This document shows, piece by piece, positions 9,283-18,600 of a DNA stretch of 64,000 bases (positions are counted from its first letter, which is position 1; each line of letters starts with the position of its first letter). Source of the stretch: Candidatus Gottesmanbacteria bacterium (lineage in GTDB: Bacteria > Patescibacteriota > Microgenomatia > 2-02-FULL-39-11); contig JACPKY010000002.1 of the NCBI GenBank assembly GCA_016186795.1, positions 925,892 to 989,891 on the forward strand, read 5' to 3'. The notes under the pieces are model-generated. The model had not been told where the DNA came from and did not search any database. It saw nothing but the letters and a program-made list of their open reading frames with translations. Made by a program: the position numbers and the translations under genes.

Positions 9283-12200
9283 ATGGCGGGAAGCCTTATT
9301 AATTTTACGCGCTATTTTAGAAGAGGGAGCAAGAATAATACTCCAAGCGATACTCCTGTTCAAGCAGATGCACATGCAAATGTTTCTCAAGAATTACCCA
9401 CAGAAACAAGCACTGTTCCTCAACCACATACGGCATCGTCAGTAGCCTATTCTGGAATTGGTAACCCGCCGGGTGGTATCTCCTACTCAGGTATTGGGAA
9501 TCCTCCAGCTCCTGCGTCGGCTGTAGGGAAAGGTCAGGTAACTTCTGCAATTGACAGTGGAAAACGTGTTGGTATGGATGTCCTGTCAAGACTTACCCAA
9601 CGGGCAAATCAATCACTCATGGCAAGTGTGACCAAAGCGAAAGAGTTAAAAATTCAGTACGTTGATACAGAGCACGTTCTCTGGGGGCTTCTCCACGATA
9701 GCAGTATTTACCAGCTTTTGTCTGAATGTAAAATTACTCCAAGTGAGCTGCAGGCTGAACTTGAGAAGGCATTTACATCAGGCAACTTTTCCGGACAACC
9801 TCATTTTTCCCCGAGAGTGAAACGAGTGTTGGAGCTTTCCCTATCTGCCGCGCGCTCGCTTGGGTACGAGTTTATTTCTCCGGAGCATATTCTCTTGGCT
9901 TTATCCCATGAGGGGGAAGGAGTGGCAGCGCGGATGCTTATTAAATACTCGCTCACGCAAGAGGTTCTAAATCAGAAGATAACAGGGAAGAAAGATCTGG
10001 AAAAGCAGGAAGAGCAGAAAAAAACTTCTGCCCTTGATGATTATACAGAAGATTTGACGGCAAAAGCCGTGCAAGGTCAGCTCGATCCTGTTGTCGGGCG
10101 AAGCGCCGAGATTGAAAGGATCGTTCATATTCTTTCAAGAAGAACCAAGAATAATCCGGTTCTTATTGGAGATGCCGGGGTAGGGAAAACAGCAATTGTA
10201 GAAGGTTTAGCACTTCGGATTGCCCACGGTGATGTCCCTGAGACGCTTCTTCATAAACGGATACTTCTCCTTGATCTCATGTCTTTGATTGCAGGGGCAA
10301 AACATAGAGGAGAGTTTGAGGAGCGGTTAAAAAATCTTATAAAAGAAGTAAAGGCGGCAACAGGCGCAATTATTCTTTTTGTCGATGAGATGCACAATAT
10401 GGTTGGTGCGGGAGGAAGCGGTGAGGGGACAATGGATGCGTCAAATATATTAAAACCATCTCTTGCTCGGGGTGAACTACAGGTTATTGGTACGACAACA
10501 ATAACAGAGTACCGTACGCATATCGAAAAGGATCCAGCTCTTGAAAGACGATTCCAGCCGGTGTATGTCGCAGAACCAACTGCTGAAGTAGCAATTGAGA
10601 TGCTTACTGCTCTTCGAGATAAGTACGAAGCGTTTCATAGGGTAAAAATATCTGATGAGGCAATTGAGGCAGCTGTCAGACTCTCGCAACGCTACATTGG
10701 TGACAGATTTCTTCCAGATAAAGCGGTCGACCTTATTGATGAGGGTGCTGCTGCCGTTCGCTTACCTTCAATTTCTCTTCCTGAAGAAATAAAATCGTTA
10801 GAAGATCGCCTTAAAAAACTTGAAAGTGAGAAAAGTGAAGCCGAAAAACTAGGCGATAGCGTCCATCTCGAGAGTCTTAAAAAAGAAGAGGAAGAACTTC
10901 GTGAACACGAAAAAAACCTTCAAGAGCAGTATCAACTGAAAAAATCAACCACAACGAATGCTGTTACCCCTGCAATTATTGCTGATATTATTTCCCGATG
11001 GACAGGTATTCCAGTTTCCCGGCTTACCGAGAGCGAGTCAACGAAACTGTTGGAATTAGAGGGGACTATTCATAAACGACTTATCAATCAGGAGGAGGCG
11101 GTCGTTGCTGTTTCTGAGGCAGTACGGCGTGGAAGGGCGGGACTGAAATCGAACAAGCGTCCAATCGGTAGTTTTGTCTTTCTGGGGCCAACTGGGGTTG
11201 GAAAAACTGAGCTCGCCAAAGCGTTGGCCGAAATTCTATTTGGAAGTGATGAAATGATTGTTCGGCTTGATATGACTGAGTATATGGAGAAGCACGAGGT
11301 GGCAAAACTCATTGGGGCTCCTCCAGGATATGTTGGGTATGAGGAAGGTGGGCAGCTGACTGAGGCAGTGAGACGGCATCCTTACTCTGTTGTCTTATTT
11401 GATGAAATCGAAAAAGCACACCCTGACGTATTCAATATTCTCATACAACTTCTCGATGACGGTCGTTTAACCGATAACAAAGGGCATACGATTTCATTTA
11501 AAAATACAATTGTCATTTGTACGTCAAATTTGGGAAGCGGCATCATTCAAGAGGAAATGTTGGGATGGAAGGAAAATGATCAGATAAAAGATAACGGTAA
11601 ACAGAAAACAGAAATATTTCAGACGTATGCGATTTCTCCAACCGGAAGGGAAATTGTAACTCTTGACGGGGATTATTGGGAGAAAGATGGGAAAGGCCAG
11701 TGGAAGAAAGGATCGCTTGTTGAGTATTTTGCTGGCTCAACGCTATCAAACGGCCAAGACACATTTCCTGTTGAAGGTTTTGACACACATACAATTTCTC
11801 AAGACGGTTCAGAAACGATTACAAGCGGTGACTCTCTTTGGTTTCGTACTTCAACAACGGTACGGGAATGGAGCATAGAAAAACTCGTGCCTTACTTCAA
11901 AAATCACATTGTTATAAACGCCAAACCCGATAAACCAGAGGAACAATTACCAACGGTGCGGATAGATTCCCATGCCCTCTCCCCTACCAACGAGGAAATT
12001 GTGACGTATGAGGGGCGGTTTTGGAAAAGGCAAAATCTTGCCTCAAAAGATTGGATGACCGGAGACATTTCTGAGTATTTTGCAAATTGCAAAGTGGAGA
12101 CCTCCACGGAAGAAAAACAAAAAGCAGCTGGAACTGGAAAAGGAGGGAATTTGATTACCAAAATGTCGCAAGAGAAACCTCAACAAGACGTATTCCCGAT

Positions 12201-13251
12201 AGACAAGTGGGATAGCCATCTCTTTACCCCGCTTGGAGAAGAAATCATTATTTCTAAGGGAAAGTACTGGAAGAGAAAATCGGCAGATGTTACGGTATGG
12301 AATATGGGCAACATTTCTGATCTTTTTTCTAAGGATAGAATGGTGGGAGATGTACCAATTGGGAGAGAGAAAGAAGAAGCAAAAGTTGGTAACAGTGCGT
12401 CTGATGACCAGTTTCAAAAACTTTCAAAGAGACTCATGGAGGAACTGCGGAAATTCTTCCGTCCTGAACTTCTGAACCGTTTTGATGAAGTCGTTGTTTT
12501 CCGTCCGCTAACCCGAGATCACATGCTGGAGATTGTCGGACTTCAGGTGAAGCTACTTTCAAAACTCCTTACCGAGCAAAATATTGCAATAGAAGTCAGC
12601 CACGACGCTTCGGTGTATCTATCCAAAGTAGGGTACGATCAAGTATTTGGCGCAAGACCTTTGAGAAGAATAATTCAACGCTTGGTTGAAAATCCTATTT
12701 CCTCGCTTCTTATTAAAGGCGAATTAGCAAGTGGGGGTCGCGTGCATGTGACATATGAAGGTGACCAACTTCAGTTTCAGATCCAAAAAATAGAAATGAA
12801 AAATGCTCAAACTCCTTCTCCGACAGTTGTCGATGAAAAGCGGCAACCTCTCCAAACCAGTCAACCGACACTTCAATCTCCGAAGCCGCTGGAGGAGAAA
12901 GTGTCCTACGGTTGCCAAAACTGCGGGCATACATGGGAAGAAGCAAAAAGTACGCATAGTTTGGTCTGCCCTGACTGCGGGAGTGAACTTATTTCACAAA
13001 AGGCCGAGTCTAGTACCTCTCAAGGGCCAGAACCATCAAAAGAAGAGAAACAAAATCCCCTTGAGATGTACTATCAACCGACAGATCAGGCAAAGAATGA
13101 CGTCTCACCTACACCCGTTTCCAAAGATTCCTCCTCAAGCGGCGTCTCAGGTTGCAGATACTCCCCCTTTTACGCGTTCCTTTCCCAAAGAGAGAAGAAA
13201 AAGGAGACTAAGGTATACAAGGCTGTTAAAACCGGTCATGAGAAAAAGTGA
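9283..13251 (+). CDS. ClpC/ClpB-like double-ring AAA+ unfoldase with an atypical roughly 300-aa insertion in D2 and a C-terminal C4 zinc ribbon
   Basis: Clp N-domain, D1 Walker [16 protein letters not shown] and Walker B LFVDEMH, short ClpC-like middle domain, D2 Walker [16 protein letters not shown], sensor region [15 protein letters not shown]. Alternative start at 9574 (M of MDVLSRL); the upstream 97 codons carry a GNPP tandem repeat. Confidence 0.85.
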   Translation: MAGSLINFTRYFRRGSKNNTPSDTPVQADAHANVSQELPTETSTVPQPHTASSVAYSGIGNPPGGISYSGIGNPPAPASAVGKGQVTSAIDSGKRVGMDVLSRLTQRANQSLMASVTKAKELKIQYVDTEHVLWGLLHDSSIYQLLSECKITPSELQAELEKAFTSGNFSGQPHFSPRVKRVLELSLSAARSLGYEFISPEHILLALSHEGEGVAARMLIKYSLTQEVLNQKITGKKDLEKQEEQKKTSALDDYTEDLTAKAVQGQLDPVVGRSAEIERIVHILSRRTKNNPVLIGDAGVGKTAIVEGLALRIAHGDVPETLLHKRILLLDLMSLIAGAKHRGEFEERLKNLIKEVKAATGAIILFVDEMHNMVGAGGSGEGTMDASNILKPSLARGELQVIGTTTITEYRTHIEKDPALERRFQPVYVAEPTAEVAIEMLTALRDKYEAFHRVKISDEAIEAAVRLSQRYIGDRFLPDKAVDLIDEGAAAVRLPSISLPEEIKSLEDRLKKLESEKSEAEKLGDSVHLESLKKEEEELREHEKNLQEQYQLKKSTTTNAVTPAIIADIISRWTGIPVSRLTESESTKLLELEGTIHKRLINQEEAVVAVSEAVRRGRAGLKSNKRPIGSFVFLGPTGVGKTELAKALAEILFGSDEMIVRLDMTEYMEKHEVAKLIGAPPGYVGYEEGGQLTEAVRRHPYSVVLFDEIEKAHPDVFNILIQLLDDGRLTDNKGHTISFKNTIVICTSNLGSGIIQEEMLGWKENDQIKDNGKQKTEIFQTYAISPTGREIVTLDGDYWEKDGKGQWKKGSLVEYFAGSTLSNGQDTFPVEGFDTHTISQDGSETITSGDSLWFRTSTTVREWSIEKLVPYFKNHIVINAKPDKPEEQLPTVRIDSHALSPTNEEIVTYEGRFWKRQNLASKDWMTGDISEYFANCKVETSTEEKQKAAGTGKGGNLITKMSQEKPQQDVFPIDKWDSHLFTPLGEEIIISKGKYWKRKSADVTVWNMGNISDLFSKDRMVGDVPIGREKEEAKVGNSASDDQFQKLSKRLMEELRKFFRPELLNRFDEVVVFRPLTRDHMLEIVGLQVKLLSKLLTEQNIAIEVSHDASVYLSKVGYDQVFGARPLRRIIQRLVENPISSLLIKGELASGGRVHVTYEGDQLQFQIQKIEMKNAQTPSPTVVDEKRQPLQTSQPTLQSPKPLEEKVSYGCQNCGHTWEEAKSTHSLVCPDCGSELISQKAESSTSQGPEPSKEEKQNPLEMYYQPTDQAKNDVSPTPVSKDSSSSGVSGCRYSPFYAFLSQREKKKETKVYKAVKTGHEKK

Positions 13252-13872
13252 AAGGGCAAAAAACTGGAATACTTCATCTGTCACAAGAAGAAACGTATTG
13301 GGGAAAACGACTCTTAATCCTGTTTGAGAAAGAAAAAGGAAGAGAATGATAATGATTGGTCCGGCAATAATAAGGCTCTCAACATCTTTTTTACTTGAAA
13401 ACATTGTCATCGATGTAACAAATAATAGATAACAAAGAATAGGTAACAGAACGAAAGAATACTGATTGGTTGTTATCCAGGAGAGGTTCACAAAAAATAT
13501 TTTTCCAAGAAAATAAATGAATGACAATCCCATAAGTATTGGTGCAAGACCAACAATTGCGTGTCTAAAAGGATCAACTTTTGCAATCATGAGCTTCCCA
13601 GCCCGAATCGTTCCATCTTTTTCGATTGTGGGAAAGATAGAAAGTTCGCCAGTTGGTACAAAAAGGATAAGAGCTACAAAAAAATGAGACAGCTCATGGA
13701 TGATGGTTCCCGGCAAAAGCACTATCGTGACAGCAAAAAGAGCCGCAGTTTTACTTCGTGTAGCAAGATATGCAAGAAGGTAGATAAAAGTAGATATTTT
13801 TTTAGAAAGGACAAAAAGGCAAAGTAGGAAGAGTATCGAAAGTATAATGTAGAAATAGAAAGGCAACGACAT
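13147..13872 (-). CDS. Polytopic membrane protein with HExxH motif (IIHELSHFF) in a TM helix; putative intramembrane zinc metalloprotease (site-2-protease-like)
   Basis: 6-7 hydrophobic segments with HELSH inside a helix. No clear second LDG motif, so family assignment is tentative. Confidence 0.4.
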   Translation of the reverse strand: MSLPFYFYIILSILFLLCLFVLSKKISTFIYLLAYLATRSKTAALFAVTIVLLPGTIIHELSHFFVALILFVPTGELSIFPTIEKDGTIRAGKLMIAKVDPFRHAIVGLAPILMGLSFIYFLGKIFFVNLSWITTNQYSFVLLPILCYLLFVTSMTMFSSKKDVESLIIAGPIIIILFLFLSQTGLRVVFPNTFLLVTDEVFQFFALSLFLMTGFNSLVYLSLLFLLSLGKERVKGGVSAT

Positions 13873-15521
13873 TAACGTTCTCTTTCCTGAGTCTCCCGAG
13901 GTCCACCTGTGTCAAAGACGCTCAGTCCCATCGGGATCATCCCAATACCCATGAGAATTCCTAAGAAAGCCCCATCTGAGAGTCCCCGCTGCTTGGCCAT
14001 CTCTGCAATCTGAGCAGGAGTGACACTAAGGAGTCTTCTTAATGTGCCAATCTGCTTGTTATCAATATTAGCTCCCTGTGCAATTGTGGCTGTTCGATCG
14101 GTAACAAACTTAATGGGATTTTTCATAACATCTCTATCGAGACCTAGCTCAGTCTGGAAGAAAGAGGTTACTCCTGCGAGTTTATGACCGCGGAGAAGAG
14201 CTCGAACAAATCCCACTTCATGGGGATTTAATCCACCTTGATGAGATGCGCCAAGAAGGAGACCCTCGATACGTTCGGAAAGATTAGGATCTCGCGGATC
14301 TATCGAGTCAAGAGCGTGCTGGATACCATTCATGTACAAGAGGGTTGATTCCATCCGGATTTCACCGTTTTCGATCCGCTGGAGTGTTTGAGTGGCAAAC
14401 GCTTGCTCGGCAGGTGTATCGTCATAGAGGGCGCGAATGAGAATTTCCGTCTGTTGGTGGAGCGGGTCGTTTCCTTCGGTTTGGTAATAGAGAATATTTT
14501 CATTCATCTCGGCTCCGAGTTGGGTGATAGTTTCAACGGATAAATGCGCAGCGTGTCCTTGTGGAGAAAGTATAGCTTGCGTTGCACGAGTTACTCTGGC
14601 TGCAAAATTATCAATATTTCCGCTTCCGGATGTAAGGGCGTTTTCCAAGACGGAAGTCCAGAGCCCTACGACAAAAAGTTGCTGGTCTCCAGCTGGATCT
14701 TTCCCAAGTCCGGCGTAATATTCAGTAACAGCCTTGATTGCATGGTATGCTGTTGCCTTTACTTTTTCTCCCCGAGCTTTTACTGCTTCAGCCGATTGGG
14801 CTTCTGGAGTAGGTGGAGTAGCTGCCTTGTCTTCTCCTCCTTGGATCATAAATCGCATTTTCACTTTTGCGTTCGGATCCTCATCCGGTTTTAATCCACA
14901 GAGTTTCTGTTTTGCAGCAAGACGTCTGGCAAATCGTGTATGGGGGTCTACTTTTGCATCATCCCGGAATTGTTCCAAAGGAAACATCCCTTTGGCTTCA
15001 TTATCAACCATGTCATCCCATGCTCGGAGAGACATCGGTTTTGTAACCGTTCCATCGGCAAGAGTGACAACAACTTCTGTGCCGTCAAGGAGGCCACTGC
15101 GTGTTTCAACCGAAGAATCATGATGAGCTTTTTGCTCTGGAATTGCACTTCCGTGCGTTTGTGCTGCAATCCATTCGAGATTATCGATTGATGCAGGGTA
15201 GACGGATGATTGTAATAGTACACGATCATCATCAGTTGGTTTCTCCTTTTTCCTAAACGTGTTCATTGTGCTTTGGGCCTGTTCCATATTTTCCTCATGA
15301 AGCTCAAGAAGCTTTGCGAGGCCATCTCTTTCTGTATCTTGGGCTGTTGATAGTTTTTTTCCTAATTCAGCTGCACTTTCTGCTCGGTATGGTTCACCTT
15401 TAAAAAGAAGAAAACTTGCCTCTCTGGTAAGGTGCTGGCAATCTGTGGGTACAAGCGGTTTAACGGGAAAAGATTCTGGTTTTAATGTGACGATTTCTAG
15501 TGGAGCAGGAGCTGCTTGCAT
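13872..15521 (-). CDS. Hypothetical 549-aa protein with C-terminal TM anchor
   Basis: Long ORF with coding-like composition, GC-elevated, divergent from the giant repeat protein. No recognised domain. Confidence 0.45.
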   Translation of the reverse strand: MQAAPAPLEIVTLKPESFPVKPLVPTDCQHLTREASFLLFKGEPYRAESAAELGKKLSTAQDTERDGLAKLLELHEENMEQAQSTMNTFRKKEKPTDDDRVLLQSSVYPASIDNLEWIAAQTHGSAIPEQKAHHDSSVETRSGLLDGTEVVVTLADGTVTKPMSLRAWDDMVDNEAKGMFPLEQFRDDAKVDPHTRFARRLAAKQKLCGLKPDEDPNAKVKMRFMIQGGEDKAATPPTPEAQSAEAVKARGEKVKATAYHAIKAVTEYYAGLGKDPAGDQQLFVVGLWTSVLENALTSGSGNIDNFAARVTRATQAILSPQGHAAHLSVETITQLGAEMNENILYYQTEGNDPLHQQTEILIRALYDDTPAEQAFATQTLQRIENGEIRMESTLLYMNGIQHALDSIDPRDPNLSERIEGLLLGASHQGGLNPHEVGFVRALLRGHKLAGVTSFFQTELGLDRDVMKNPIKFVTDRTATIAQGANIDNKQIGTLRRLLSVTPAQIAEMAKQRGLSDGAFLGILMGIGMIPMGLSVFDTGGPRETQERER

Positions 15522-15611
15522 ATGTATTAAGTATAGTACAAAGTCTTACGTAATATGCAAGGACCGATGATTGATCCATCATTCTTCTTATGCTATGGTT
15601 GAATTAGCGCT

Positions 15612-18600
15612 ATGAGTTCTTCTTCTGCCGATGCTATTCATCACCAACCATTTCCTGCAACCGTTGCTGAATCGGTTCCTTCAACTCCTGTTAATCAGGT
15701 TAATCAGGCTGGTTGGCAAACTGCCGAACCTCAACGACCTCAATTTGGTGCATATGAGAGAGGACGTATTGTTCCAGGAGCCAATCGGGAAGCCGGAGTT
15801 ACTCCCCATACCGTTGTTGAGCTTGGTCTTGATACCGAACTTGAGCTTTTTGATTCTCTCGAGGAAATAGTAAGTTTCCTTGATAAGTCCGATAATAAAG
15901 ATGCTCTTTCTCTCCTCTCAGAGGTTATGAAGGAAAAAATGGTTGATTTAAGAGACAGGGCTGCCGCTCTTTCCTTGGAGAGGAAAGATATCGAGGAACG
16001 GAAAGCAATTGAGGAAGAGTATGAAGAGGCTGTTAGACAAACAGCAAGACAACGGTTAGGTTTTAACTATGAGGCGAGAAATCGGACAACACGAGATGAT
16101 AAGTTGAAAAAACTGAATAAAAAGATTGAGAGGCGAAGAAAGGCAATTGAGGAATACAACAAAACGAGACCTGGAGAGACTCCTACACCTGGTGAAAAAC
16201 CAAAAAAAGTACCAAGAGAGCTTGAAGAGCTTATCAGTGATCATAATCTTGGATTAAGCGATTTAACTCCTGAAGACCTCAAGACCCGATTAGAAGCATA
16301 CCTTAAAAAAGACAGAAAGCCTTTGCAGATATTTGATAACCTCACCGATGTCATGCAAGCGTATTCCTTCCTTGAGAGTGCGGAGAAGATTGTTGCACTT
16401 CAAGCAGGACAAGATATTACCGATGGTGGGAGAAGACCTGTTGAGTTTGATTTTTCGGATGCAACAATTAATCGGGTAGCTCAAGCCGGGGTTCCAAACA
16501 CAACGGTGCAAGCACTCCGCGACATTGGGAGAAGAATCCGGATTGGAGATGTATTCGGAGTACAAGAGCTAATTGCAGGATTGTCGGTTGGGACCGTTGA
16601 AGCTCTCATGAATGCGCATAATTTTTGGCCTGCTCCAGGTGATGCTGCCCAAGCCGGTGCAGCGTTTGCCTTGGGAGTTGGGAGTATGCTATTTGTACGA
16701 GCAGTAGGTCGAAGAATGAACCATTGGCGCCTATCTTTTCCTCCGGAACGAGCTGAACAGAGAACTCAATATACGCTACAGTTTCACTTCATTCAACCTC
16801 CGCCCGGGGATGGAGGGAATCCTTTGCGACGAATGTACGGTGGTGATGCACGCCGAGCCGAACAATTCCTACAAGCAATTGATAATGTTCGTGTCGACAT
16901 TGCTAATAAACTAAAAGTCCATCCAGGACAGCTGGAGGGGTGGCTAAATTTAAGTAGTGCTGCATTAGGTGAGAGCGTTGAGGGGATGGAATTTCCTCAT
17001 CGAGTTGTCCTTGCTAAGAATATCGAACAAATATTGGCTCAAGAACATCGGAATGCGACTGGTGGCCATATACCGCTTGAGGAGTTATCAGCTGAGGAGC
17101 AGATTGAGGTTATTGAACGGGCGTTTGATGGAGTTGCACTTGCCATTGGCGGGGAAGCTATGGATGATGTAACTAAAAATGCGGCGATACGAAGAATGAT
17201 GGGAGAAGTTAATTGGGCTCAGCGGAGAAACGTTCTTGCAACTCATGTTGCAGAAATCCGGGCAGGAACACGCGTCTACCATGCAAGCGTGACTCCTCAC
17301 GCTTTAGAAGAAGCAAGGACACAGTTTGAGGCAGCAGAAAAGCAGGAAGCGCGACAATCTCAGGGGAAAGACGCATACGGAGCAAAATATACTGAGCTTC
17401 AAAATCAGTTGAGAACCTTGGAAACAGCGCGAATTGAGCTTGAAAATATTTCGACAATCAACGGTCATATTACAAGAGACGTTACAGTGAAGGGGAGAAA
17501 AGTTCATGAAGATGCAAGCGGAGAGATAGGGGTACTTGAGGCTGAAAAAACAAGGATTGATGGAGAAATTACGAAGCTTAAGGGTGAAATTGATGCAACA
17601 AATGCAAATGGACTGGAGGGTCAGTATAAACAAGCAAAACGCCGCTATGAAACGCTCCATGGGAAAGTTGAGGCTCTAAAAAGTAAGAAGCAAGCGGCGC
17701 AAGCAGAGATTGATACCCTTCAACGGGGAAGAGATAGAGCGAAAGCTGCAAAAATTGCTCAGTGGGAATCTATTCGAGATCAGGCAGAGCAGAATTTAAC
17801 AACTGCGCCATCTGGGCAAAAGACTCTGGAGGAACAGGAAGATGATGCATATTTAGCCTTTGTGCCACTCAAAGATCAGTATGAGCCAAAAACGGCAGAA
17901 GTTGGACGATTACAACAAAGGCAGAATGCAATCCCTGGTGAGATTCAAGCATTTGAGAGGGCAATTGCAGAGAAAGAGAAACTCTATCGAGTAGCTCAAT
18001 TGAATTATACTCTTGCCCAAAAAGAAGTACTTACTATTCTTCAGGATTTTGGATACAAATACACACCTGCTCAGTTGAGGAGTAGCTCACTTCGACTCCC
18101 CACGTCGCAAATGATTACTGACAAGTATACAGAACTCCATGTCGAGTATCAGGTGAAACAGAATCGTCTTACGGAGTTGGTAAGGCTTGCTGAGGCGGGA
18201 GTTAGTGAAGAAGATCTTCGGATTGCAACGCTTATTGAAACACTCTCAGGTGTTGTTGGTTCAGATCGTCTTAATAGTTTTATGCAGCAGCTTCTTTCCC
18301 GAGGGATAAAGTTGGAGGATCTTGCCAACACACAAAACAACGAGGGATATCACCTCATGTTAAAGTTCTTTTTCGGTGAGGATGCACTCACTCAAGGGAA
18401 GGACGGGAAGTATGCTCGAGCAACGACACTTCTAAGTAAAGCTCGATTATGTGATGAAGCTTTCAAAATCTGGCGCATCGATGATCGGGCATCAGGCGAT
18501 GGGTTTTTTGCAGGAGATGATGAAGGTCTACAACTATATCAGAATGCTCGTTTTATTTTTGAAACCAATAGAAGACTCACTCAGGAAGTTTTTAACCTTG

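Noticed and set aside
9170-9589. ORFs 9170-9445 (+) and 9317-9589 (-) at the Clp 5' end
   Set aside because: Overlap the Clp N-terminal extension or divergent promoter region. No motif support.
14524-15232. Several antisense ORFs inside the 549-aa gene
   Set aside because: Shadow ORFs of a GC-elevated gene. No independent evidence.
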